From: Octopus sinensis
Lineage: Eukaryota
Length of the DNA: 64,000 nucleotides
Direction: 5' to 3'
NCBI RefSeq assembly: GCF_006345805.1
Contig: NC_043006.1
Span: 77,810,001 to 77,874,000 of the forward strand
The notes under the pieces were generated by a model, which was given only the letters and a program-made list of their open reading frames with translations, did not search any database and was not told the DNA's origin. This document shows positions 39,500-52,195 of this stretch, one piece after another. Position 1 is the stretch's first letter. Every line of letters starts with the position of its first letter. The translations under genes were made by a program, and so were the position numbers.

Positions 39500-40674
39500 T
39501 TGGGTCACCCATAAATAATGCGTTTTTTTAATACTTTTATCTTTCAAAATTAATATAAACAAAGTTCATTTTTAATCTAAAATATAATCTCCCTTATTTC
39601 TACAATACCTGGTAGACTTCAAAGGCCCCTCTTCCAAAATTCACTTGTCCGGGATAAAAAATACTTCTGCAGTACTGTTCGACCTTGTCTACATATGTTC
39701 ATATTTTTCCCTCCAAATGATTTTGAAGCATTCGAATAAATGATAATCAGACTTGGCAATGTCCGGCGAATATGATGGGTGGGGCATTGTTTCCCATCCA
39801 AACAGCCCTAGGCATGTTATCCTCACTGTATATGGCCGAGCATTATCCTAATTGAAGAACACAGTTCGCCGTGAAACCAAGGATGGTTGTTTTTCTTCTA
39901 GCATTCATTTAAGCTACTCAAGCTGCTCGCAGTAGATCTGCTTTGTTATTGTTTGTTTTGAGTTTAAAACTTCAAAGTTGAAAGAACCTTTCATATCCCA
40001 TCAAACAGATAACAACACTTTATGTGGGTGAAGACCTTCTTTAGCCTGGTGTACCGTTGTTTGGCCTTTTCCTAACCACTGTCTGCGTCGCTTGATATTT
40101 TTATAGAGAACCCATTTTCCACCTCCAGTTACTATTCAGTTTAAAAAGGTTCATTCGTGAGACGTGAGAGCAAAGAAGAGCACACATCACTATCTACGCG
40201 CGATCAAACTCAGAATTTATTGTCCCAATTTGCTGACTTTTCCGATGGCATGCATGTGTCTATGAATGGTTCAATAAGCAAATCCAAGCTTCTCTGCTAT
40301 TTCCTCAACAGTTACGATGGGATTTTGTTCGACTAGGTTTTCCAGGACGTCCTCTTCGAGCCCTACAGATTTTCCAGGTTGAGGCTCGTCTTCTCGGCTG
40401 TAATTCCCGGTTCGGAATTACTACGATCACCGTTGAAACAGGATTACGCTTATTATGGTATTGTCTAAATTTGCTGGGGTCACATCCTTTATTGAGTTAA
40501 ATGCCTTCTATCCAACGTTATTTTCTTTGAGACTTCAGATTCCATATCACAGCGGACATTTACAGTTTGCATTAAGTAGATATACTCCTTTACCACGATT
40601 TCGTTGCTTTCCGCCTGTATTCAGCCTTGTGCTACACATTCCGACAGCATATATTTTGTTTCCATGGGGTTCAA
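39500..40674 (-). mobile_element. Decayed near-full-length mariner, same family as 23634-24477
   Basis: TIR ttgggtcacccataaataatgcg after TA; RC encodes remnants of PHPSYSPDIAKSDYHLF and DNARP; length about 1.2 kb. Confidence 0.85.
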
Positions 40675-40915
40675 TATAACTAGTAATAAATATTTTTCTG
40701 TTATATCCGAGCTTAGCATATAAATATCAATACATATCTTTTTTGTAATGCGTTTTTCAGGTTTTGTTAATTCTCCCTCACCAGAGAGCCCTTTTTTACT
40801 GCCGTTTATGTAAAACACGGGCATATTAACAAGACTCCATTTGATATTGTATTTAATGCCTTTTGTTTTTCAATGGTTAGATGTTGCTACATTTTCTCCT
40901 ATTAGTCTACATACA

Positions 40916-41333
40916 GACACAGGAGTGACTGTGTGCTAAGTGGCTTGCTTACCAACCACATGGTTACTGGTTCAGTCCCACTGTGTTCTACTTTGGGCGA
41001 GTGTCTTCTACTATAGATTCGGGCCGACCAAAGGCTTGTGAGTGGATTTGGTAGACGGAAACTGAAAGAAGTCCGTCGTATATGTTCATACATATATATG
41101 TATGTGTAAGTATGTGTTTGTGTGTCTGTGTCCCTCCCCACCCCCCGCAACATCGCTTGACAACAGATGGTGGTGTGTTTACGTCCCCGTAACTCGCGGT
41201 TCGGCAAAAGAGACCGATAGAATAAGTACGAGGCTTACAGAGAATAAGTCCTGGGGTCGATTTTCTCGACTAAAGGCGGTGCTTCAGCATGGCCGCAGTC
41301 AAATGACTGAAACAAGTAAAAGAGTAAAGAGTA
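40916..41333 (+). mobile_element. SINE family A
   Basis: Head and tail match the family A consensus. Confidence 0.92.
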
Positions 41334-42069
41334 TACTAATGCAGCCGTAAAAACACTTTTAGAAGTATTTATTTATTCTATTTTCATTTGATTATATTGG
41401 AAGGCATTAATGTATTGCTAATGACATATTCGTTGGCTAGAAGATATTAGCGATTTTGAAATTAAATAACCAGATGTGCATTCAGCTGGCAATATATTAT
41501 ATCTCAAATGCACAAATTTCTCTTCATATAATAAAGAATGAACTTGTAAGAAATTCAATTTTCTTTGTCTCTTCAACGAATGTGACGTTATAAAAATTTA
41601 TTGACAGGAATAATAGTTACATTCTGCGTTATGTTATATTTATCTAGACGAACGCATTTTAAGGCTTAGCAAAATAGGTTTCCAAATTTTATGTTCAGCA
41701 GAAAGAGCTGAAGTTATGTGATCGATGTTGCAGATATAACAAATATTAGCAAGTAACATATTTGAAGCAAGTTATCACTGTCGAAAGTAACATTATATAG
41801 TGGCGATAGCAGCATATGAATGAGGCGGGTAGTGAAGCGTATAAACTACGTGGAATTCATGAAAATCTTTAAAAGCTTCTTTTGTAGCTGAGCTGTCATT
41901 TTGATCACTTGTATCATCATTTTTAACATTTCGAAAATTTTAACACTGTTCTCCGATTTCCTTTTCACCTGAACAGTGACAGAGGTTAAACAAACTTTCA
42001 ATATTGCACTTAAATTTATCATTCTGTCAACGATTGCTCAATCTTTAGCAAATGTTTTATAGACAGCCT

Positions 42070-42286
<217 letters not shown>

Positions 42287-43872
42287 TAATGATTAATGGG
42301 AGGATCTGAAGTTGTAGCTCGATTATAAACTATGAAAATTTGCTATTTCTGTCAGGTACTGGCGTTTGTAAAAATTCATTCGATTGACCTGTAGAATCCC
42401 GAGGTACTGCGAGATATTTGCCATTTGTTATAGTGATTTAGCCCTCATTTATTGAAATTAATGTATTTGACCACATTAAACCACATTTTCATTTTAGATA
42501 TTATTAGATTAGAATAATAGTATATATATATATATTTATAGTTCCCCATATAATCATCAACTCGCCAGTTTATGCAAAATAAATAATATCTTGAAATAAT
42601 ATTTTGAAATTTTAGTCATACGGAAGACTCACTTGTTTCATTCTAGGAATGGCTGTAAGGATGTTCAATTTTTTTCTTCAAGAAAAAAAATAAATTCAAA
42701 GAAAATATAAAAATAATGTTATAATAAAACCTTCAAGGAATACTTTCCCAAAGTGGCATACGAAGCACAAATATAAAAAGTACGGTGCCAGAAGAATAAT
42801 AAAAGATATCATTAAAGTGATTAAAATAGTAACAGAAGTTTTGGAATTTATCTTTCGGATAACTAGTGAAAAAAATCAGCAGGTAATAAAGAATGAGCGA
42901 AAATTAGTGAATAAATTTTTTCAAAACATTTCCTGGAGATAAATAAAAAATCGTAGATATCTAATTTTAGCTTTTTATCACAAATGATTTTTTCGCAATA
43001 ATGTTAGATCTTCAGGTAGATAAGAAGGAAAACGTATTTATGAATTCGTCTAAAAGCCAATTGTACAGCAATTAGAATCGTTACCAGAAGACGTATAACG
43101 TTAATTTCCCTGTAAACCTTATAGAAATTTCTTGTATGTTGTAAAATGATTGATGAAAGACTATGGGAATGCTATATACGTGGAACGCGTGTGGAACAGG
43201 TCTTTCGAATACTTCCACACTTGACATGTACCTATGCTCGCCGGTTCTTAGCGACACCAGTGACGAAATAGTCGTTGGTTCTCGATAACAAGGCTGGCTG
43301 AGTTAGCAAGCATTTGGTGCTGATGAGGCGTAAGACACACTGAAATTACGTGACGTATCTGTTGTGGTCCGGCTTCCGTGGCATGAAATTTCACGCTTAC
43401 CAGAGTTATCTCCCCATTTTATATTCAAAGCGTTCCTCTACACGCGTTTCGAATATCCTGGTACGACTCAAGCGTGGAACACTTCAATACGCAAATTTAG
43501 GCGAGTCTTCATTTTATCGGCCACATGACCATTGAAAAAGAAGGTTTATGGGGACATTCTTTTATTTTCAAAGCTAGAATTCTGACAAATTTAGGTTACA
43601 TTGAGATAGTGTCCGTGTGTGTGTGCGTGTGTGTGTGTATCAGAGAGAAAACGTGAGAAAGCATATATCTATCTGTATGTATGAATATCAGAATTGTCAC
43701 TAACACATAGCTTTAAGTTTTCTTTACTTTAATCTTTCATAATCTTCCTGTCACGTGAGAATTTTAAACTGTTAATTTGTGGGAGTTCTTTATCTAACAT
43801 ACCTCATGGCTGGAAAATTTGCGAAGATGTAGAAACTTCCACATTTACATACACAAACAGTCATACAATGCG

Positions 43873-43926
<54 letters not shown>

Positions 43927-45586
43927 GCCGGCTGGATCTCGGAGCAAGTAAATTTATAAATAAGAATGTATGCATTTTGTCTTTAAAAAAACTTCGAATA
44001 GTGAATGCCGGGGATCGAATGGGATCGAAGGGATCGAAATACCAATGCCATTGAATTAGCGTACAAGTGGCTTAGTATTCTCCAGGCAGATATATTCCTA
44101 ACATTATCCTCAGATATAATGATAGCATCAATATATGAAGACGCTGTTTATTTCAATTAAGGTATCTTCTACCGCACAGTTTTCTCTACGAACATTTCCT
44201 TAACACACAGGCCAACTGCAGTTCGACGCGGTGAGGCATGATTTCTCATTTTACAATGGATATCAGAGCTGAAGGCCCTTGGTGTCAACAGGTTTATTTT
44301 GCTAAATACTGCACTCTAGATATAACAATAGTGGCGAAATGTAATCTAGTACTCCCGCGAATATCGTATTCACGTCATTGCACTTACTTGGAAAAATTAA
44401 TATTTTGGGGCGGTTGTGATAGATTGCAACAGTAAAAGATGAATGTCATTATATGTTAGAGACAGCATTGTTAGTGCAATTCATTCAAATACATTCGTTT
44501 GTTGTCATTCACTGAATAAGAACAAACAAATTTACTCGATCGCAAAGTACTTGGTGACGTCATTTTCAGCCAAAACCAGACACTTATTCATGAGTTGAAC
44601 AAATTATGTTCCACTTTTTCTCGGGAATAAGTTCCCACAGTAACCGGAGTAAAAACAAAACTATAAACAAATAACACGTGACTTGTTATCTATGTTATTG
44701 TGATTACAATAGTGAAATAATATATTGAGGTGGCAAGTCACACTTTGATAATAAAATTGATGCAGTCAACGAACATTGCACCTGTAAAAGCGAGAGGAAT
44801 TATGCAGGCACATGCTCAAGCGGGGAAAGTGCATGGAAGAGAGTATACCTATTAATTATCGGAATAATATCAATTTAATTAATGGTTATCACAAATGATT
44901 TGTCAAGTTCTAAATCTCATATATTTTCTGATGCCTTGTGTCCGGCAAAAATAAATACAAAACTCATGTAAAAAATTTAGGTCATTTTATATGCACATAA
45001 AAAAAAAAAATAAAAACGCTCTTACCAAACTTTAATAAATATTTCTACTCACACCAATATGAAACGCAGTTTCATTAAGCTACATAAAAACGCATTGTCG
45101 GTCCGTGATGTTGAATTTATATTTCAGACTAAAGAGAAGTGATTAACCTAAACAAAAAAACAGTTATAAGTTGATGGAATAGTTACATCATGCATTATTG
45201 ATGGTAGAGAAGTATATGGTCTCATTATTTAAAACAAAAGCAGAAACGTTTAATATAATCAAGGAATATCTGAAAACAATTATTTAATCCTGCAAAAACA
45301 ATTTGAATAATGAATGAATCTGCGTTTAACTCAATTTATATATATATATATATATATATATGCAGTTAGCCTGTCTTTTGTATTATACACATCTTTCATG
45401 AGACAATAATTTACTAGTATTTTGCAAGATTTGAATATTTCCATACTAGATCAGGTAAATTTATGTCTTTTCTGTCATTATAAATCAATTAATATTCATG
45501 AAAAAATCGCTTCAGACTAATATTCTAGTAAATAATTCTTTTCAGATATTCCTTGATTATATTAGATACATACATACACACATACA

Positions 45587-45730
<144 letters not shown>

Positions 45731-46330
45731 ATTGTGAGTATCAACAGTGGTAGTGGAGCTGCTATTAGTGATGTTATTATTGCAACTATTAGTAGAAGCG
45801 TTTGTGGTAGCAGTGTTAGTAGTAGTATCATTTTCAGTAATATTGATATTGCCGTTGGTGCTAATATTAATATTATTTCTATTTCTATTAGCAGTTGTAT
45901 TATATGTATTATTAGTTGTAGTGGTTATAATATAGTTACTACTATAGTACTATAGTTAGTACTATAGTACAGTATGCCTATTAGTGCTTGCGTTGGTTTC
46001 AACTGTGTGCTCTGTGAATCCTTAATTTTCTCACTCACTTTCTCTACCTCACTTTCTATTTGTTATTTTCCTTTCTTTTTAGCCTTTAATAGCCACCACC
46101 GTTACCATTCTGCTATTGAACATTGATACCTTCGTGTCTATTTCGATATATTTACACTATTAGGACTTCAACCTACATGGATTTGCACAGGATTGCACCT
46201 AGGGACTTACGGACTTACTTCTACGTGATCGGAAATTTGAATTCTTCTCTTTCTTCATCTCCTTATTCTTTTTCTCCTGTCCTCTGTGTCGTCATTTCAT
46301 TAATCTATACCCGTCTCATATACCCTCTTT

Positions 46331-46386
46331 GTCTCCGATGACGGAATATCTACTACTCTGGGATATCCCAGAAACAGCTGTGAGGC
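46331..46386 (+). ncRNA. Decayed type-I hammerhead (probable PLE 3' remnant about 46020-46470)
   Basis: gtct-CCGATGA-cggaatatc..gatatccca-GAAA-cagctg-TG-aggc; two core substitutions. Confidence 0.6.
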
Positions 46387-46606
46387 TTTGAAATTCTCAA
46401 GTAATAATAACGTATATAAGTTGAGATGTTTATGTTGCTTTAACGTTTGTTGTCCTCTTTAATAATCATATATACACTATATCGGAAATCTACAATGGCT
46501 CCATAACTACTGTCTCGGATATAACATTGGAGCCCTGGTAATCCGTTTCAGTATTATCTAGCGTACCTAGTCAATTAGATCACCTGTGAACTAAATCCCC
46601 ACATTT

Positions 46607-46655
<49 letters not shown>

Positions 46656-46803
46656 TACATACAATTGTACTACTCTACCTTGGATATTCTTGTTGCTTAT
46701 TTTGATTATAATCACCCCATTTGATTTATTTGGATAATACCATACAAAATTCTGGTGCCTTTAACCTAAGTACCATATTCATCTGAAGCTAAATTTTGCT
46801 GAA

Positions 46804-46852
<49 letters not shown>

Positions 46853-46854
<2 letters not shown>

Positions 46855-47282
46855 GAGCAAGACGCCCTCGTCCAATGGACGGGGTTGAGTTATCAACCAT
46901 TTAAGCCAAATTTTCTCAAAACAACGTGTCTGACAGTCCCATAGACGTCCCCTTAGTGAAACACTGATTTAACCTAAATTTGAGACACTAGCAAAAGAAG
47001 AAATAAACGTAGAATTTTTTTCTATTCCAAAGAAAAACGATTTTATTCACACAACGCGTAGTATCGATCGCAAAAGCTGATGTACTTGCGCGTACAAATT
47101 CACGTTCCCATGGCTTTATCGATCGCATTCTCACCTGGAATCGATTTTTGTAATTTCTTCAAGACTTATAAACGCCCTGATACCGTCGGTATCTACATAT
47201 CAAATTTGAGCACAATCAGATGGATGATGCCCGAGATCCTAGAAGACACACACACAGACAGAACGGATTTTATGTAATAAAT
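46853..47282 (+). mobile_element. Helentron/DINE-1-like non-autonomous element
   Basis: 5' hairpin cgtcc-aat-ggacg near the start; 3' caaatttgagcacaatcagatg ... (AC)n acagacaga ... ttttat; inserted in (TA)n. Confidence 0.5.
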
Positions 47283-48852
47283 ATATACGCGTTTGTGTAT
47301 GTGTGTGTGTGTTTACATGTGTGTTTGTACTGCGAAAAGTATAGACTTCGTAAAGACTAATCCTTGCGCGTTCTTTTTGGGTCAAATATATTCATAAACT
47401 CATAAACTGCTGATTTAAGTTTACATGGCGGCATTCATATTGTAATTAAAGCTAGCTCATTTCATTCCACTATAATCAAAAGATATTTATGAGTAAATCC
47501 ATGAGTTAGTCGATGTTCAATATTCGTGATATGGTTTGTGCTCTTTGTATAATTAAAATAAACTACATATATTCTCTTTCAGCAGCCAAAATAGTTTAAT
47601 AATCCTCCGATGTATTCCATCAAAATTGATAAGGGTATAAAAATAATTATATAAAATTAGCAATGATCTGTTATGTCAAACTTATAGAAAAGTATGGGAG
47701 ACAGAATGGTATGTCATTATAGGAGTTTAAATCCTTGTTAATATAAAGATATTGAGAAAGTTCAATGCTTCATAAAATAGGATTCATTATTGGTTAAGGT
47801 ACTCAAGAATTAAAAATGCATTTGCGTATGTATGGCCCTGCACTGAGAAACATATGTACGTAAATCTGAGAATATCCAATAACTACTGAAGATGAAGTGC
47901 TTGGCATTCTAATTATTTGATTTTTCATCTAACAACCGGTGCATAATATGGATTATATCCAAGTAGAACTTGATCCATCATAGCGTGATGCAACTCTAGT
48001 TTTGTTTTATCCAGCTTTACAATTTTTTAAAGTATTTGACAACTGAAATATCTTCTGTACTTGAAAAAAATTACGATATCATTAGAAGCCTTTTCAAATG
48101 TCAATCTAACATGATTAATATTGCAGATGACATTTTAGTCTGTGGCAGATCAAAGTCCATAACCTGACATTAAATAGCCTGTACGTAACAATACTAATAA
48201 TTTATATTCTGACATTTTTATGTCATTTTGTTAAATAATATGAAATGATATTTAATCTATATGTAATAATAGTGCCATTATATCAAATCATAAGAAATAT
48301 TTATAATAGATTACCTTGTCTTCACTGTTTGAAATCAGTTAGTTAGCTAGCTATCTGATATGAAAAGGCGGAGAATAAAGTTAACGCTGTTCATTGAGCA
48401 AGCTACACTATATAGTTAATTGAGAAGATTTATGGGGATTAATAACACACGTTTCGTAAATGCCTCGTGTTACATTCAGCTATTAAATATGATACTGTTA
48501 TGATAAGTTATTTCAATGAGGTTCTACTAAAACTAAAGCGTTTAAATATATATATATATATTTAGTTCATTGCTAAACCTCGCTAAGATAAGTATGTATT
48601 TATTTAAGATCTTCAAATTGTAAATTTTAATATTGTATAAGTCTTTGGAGTAATAATATTTTCCTTATGTAAATATCGTTGTTTATGTAATAAAAGTTGT
48701 ATCACTATAAAGTCTTTCCCATGCCGTTATAATTATAAGCTAAAATTAGTGATCATAACCAAATCTATGAATACTTATCAAAATTTGTAGTATAACTGTA
48801 CATACGTATACATAAATATATAAAAAAAATATACATACATATACATATATAT

Positions 48853-48936
<84 letters not shown>

Positions 48937-49899
48937 CTTTCATTGCATGTGTTGAAGAAGATAGATTAGATTTAACTCGTTATAAATGTGACCATTTGTA
49001 TATATAATTATGGCTACTCGTATTATGATATTCGTATTGATATGTATAAATGTTTATAATTATATGCAACTGGTCGTACTATACTGCTGAAGATACGGAG
49101 ATTTGACATCTCTAAAATAATAAACTGCGAAAATCAGACTTAGTTGGAATTTCATTGATTAAGATATTTGTGTGGTACGGGGAGGATTCCATAGTTTTCG
49201 TCAACGAAATTGACTCGCCCAGGATTGTGATGCCCAAATCTATAAGAAGAACGCTTTTGCCTAAGCAAATGTTCAGTTGGACTGAAGCGAAACCACATGG
49301 CTTTAAGGTGATCTTCTTAGCACAACCATACGGGATACAACATTTTTAAGTGGGTTGGAGTGGGGGTACTCCGGGCCATACACATATAGATTGCTTCTAA
49401 ACGGTTATATCACATTATTTCTTACACATCCAATGCACTTTGAAAAGATCAGACAAAGATTTATCAAACGAAAATACAGGACTTATCATGTTATGAGCTT
49501 TTATGCAGTAGAAACTCATTACTTAGTAAAAACAGAACCCTCTCACTCAAATTCCATTCAGAAATTAGATTCATGTGTTACGATTACCAACTGCAGTTAA
49601 TAAAGTTTATTCGCAAACCAGCCGATGTACTCTCTCTTCAAGCAAGAGTGTCAAATTTTATTAATGAGGGGGAATGTTGTGAATGTCAAACCAATTATAT
49701 ACCTGCAAATATAATCTCTCAAATCATGACCTTCTGTAATTTGTTTAAAGTATTCACTTAGAGGCAGACGCGTTATTCAAATTATCATACACGAAGACAC
49801 TAAATAGTAAAATACGAACTTCTATAGCTCATTGCGTATGAATGAAGCGTTTGTAGGGAAATCAAATATCACTCACTAGAGTGAGTTGTAATATATATA

Positions 49900-52115
49900 A
49901 GTTGTAATATATATAAGAAATAAAAAAGGAAAATACACACACTTTATTTAGTTTTAATATAATTTTTAATATATCGACCGGTTTCGCTTTCGCTGCGCAT
50001 GATATTAAGGTTTACTTATTTGAATATGTATTTTCTTAAGAAGAAATTTTTATTCATGTTGTGTGTGATGATATTTTTTGAGTGAATGACTTCAAAAGTA
50101 GAAACATAAGGGGAGGTAATTGATTATCGTTATTGTTATTGTGGTAGGCAAGGGAGATAACTGTTCAGCTTTCGGTAAGGGGAGGGGAATATATATATAT
50201 ACACACAAAAAGGTTCGAAAAACTTGTTTAATGAGGGGATTTATGTACAGTGATATAATCGTGAATTGAAATCTGTAAAAAGATAATAGTTGGTTATGCG
50301 GCATATTAAGACGTGTTCTGTATTTTTCGATGAAAAAGTTTCTTTATTTAAACGTTCTTGTGGAGGAATTGTGCCTTTGCACTGATAGAAGGGGAATACT
50401 GTGAAATTTGGTTTGATGTTATCTGCACATTTTTCTATATGTTCACTTAGAGGATTTGCCTGTATTGCGGAAAACGGATTACTCTTTATGTGGAGTGATT
50501 CTCCGTCTCAATGTCATAGTCATCTGTCAAATATAGTTGTGTCCACAACACGAGCAGGTTATTACATAGATTAAATTCTCAGCGGCACAAGTGAAACTAA
50601 CTTTAATTGTGAACCTCTCTCCTTGTTTGAAGAGGAAATCCGAGCCTTCAAGTAAGTTGGGGCAGGTTCTACAGTTTGGGTGTCCACAGTTTTTAACCGA
50701 TGGTTTCGTAGTTGTTTGCTAAAGCTTCACATTTGTTAGCAGTCCCTTTAGCGATTTGTGTTGTTTTTTCCCTTTGATCCTTTTGCACGTTTTAAAGGCG
50801 TCGTTCATTTTTGGATCTCTAGTTAGTAAAGGGAGATTTTGCACAATAGTGTTGAATGCATCACTGTTTCTGGAGATGTGTGTTGATATAAACAGTTTTG
50901 AGATGAGATGTGATGTTATGTTTTGTTGTTCTTAATGTTTTGATGTTTAATTCTTCAGCACGTTTAATTCCCTCGTCTATAAGTGAGGGTGGATATTGTC
51001 TTCCACTAAGCGTTGTTTTGAGGTCTTGAAAACGAAGGTCCCGAGTAGTTCTATCAGACACTATTGTGCAAATACTTTTTGCCAAATTGAAAGGGATATT
51101 TATTTTGATGTTTCGGGTGGTATGAGATAAAGAGGAGATATTGCTTTGAGTCAGTTTGTTTATAATAGATGTCGGTTATTATTAGATTGTTGACTTTTTT
51201 TTATCATGATGTCTAAAAATGGGAGCTGTTCTTCGTTTTATTCCATTGTGAATTGATTGTTACATGTTATATCATTTAGTGCTGATTTGAAAGCCAAAAG
51301 TTTGTCTATGCTCTCCTTTCAAATGATAAAACAGTCATCCATGTATCTCTTCCGGTTTTCTCTTATGTAAACGTAAAATGGGTAACAATATTTTTGAAGT
51401 GATACTTCATATAAGGTGAATTCAAAATAACTCATTATTAGTTTCGCAATAACAGGGGCTGCTTTCGTTCCCATCACAATTCCGCAATCTGACGATAGCA
51501 TGTGTCATCAAATAGGAAATATTTTTTTCTGAAATTTAAATTTTAAAGATTCAATAATAAAAATCTGATTTAATTGTTCCGGGAGTACTTCGGGATACGT
51601 TTCCAACGAGAAATTGATTGCTTCTATTTCATAGCCATGTGGGATGTTGGTTTAAAGATTGGTAACATCGAGGGGAACCAAAATTACCGCTTCATTAATT
51701 GTTTTTGTAGGTGTTCGAGCATGTCTAAATCGTCTCTAATGAAACTTTTGATGTATTACAGCATGGGTTTCAGTAGGATATCTAAGAAGTTGGTTAGGCG
51801 GTGGGTTTTACAGTCTTGGTCAGCTACAATAGGCCTTAAAGTTAAGTCTTCTGGCGTTTGGATATGTATGTATTTGCCCGGTGATTGATTGCAGGCTTCA
51901 TTCATTATCTTCCTCTTGAGTATTTTAGGAAGGCCGTAAAAAAGCCTGAAGTTCGTGATGTAGTCTGTTTCTTCTTCTGTCAGGCCTTTTCCATATAGAA
52001 GTATTAGGGATACAAGATTTTTCATTGTTTTTTGTTGTTTATAATTTATAACTTTTTCGTAGAAGGCCTCGTTTTCTAATATGGATAATACTAGGTTTCT
52101 ATGGTCCCTTTTACA
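49900..52115 (-). mobile_element. Second, older Neptune-type PLE (5'-truncated, decayed)
   Basis: FYGLPKI, LRPIVAD, GIVMGTKAAPVIAKL, RYMDDCFII, LAKSICTIVSD, CGHPNCRTC, NLIYVITCSCCGHNYI (GIY-YIG). Confidence 0.92.
49971..50005 (-). ncRNA. Decayed minimal hammerhead in the PLE2 3' UTR
   Basis: RC: atatc-ATGCGCA-gc gaaa gc-GAAA-ccgg-TC-gatat; same position and stem III (ccgg) as in PLE1. Confidence 0.5.
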
Positions 52116-52131
52116 TTTCTTATATATACAT

Positions 52132-52195
<64 letters not shown>

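Noticed and set aside
44011-44038. gggatcgaa x3
   Set aside because: Tiny local tandem duplication with no further structure
49084-49140. ctgaaga..ggagat/atctct..gaaa
   Set aside because: Stem not adjacent to GAAA and no stem III or UH
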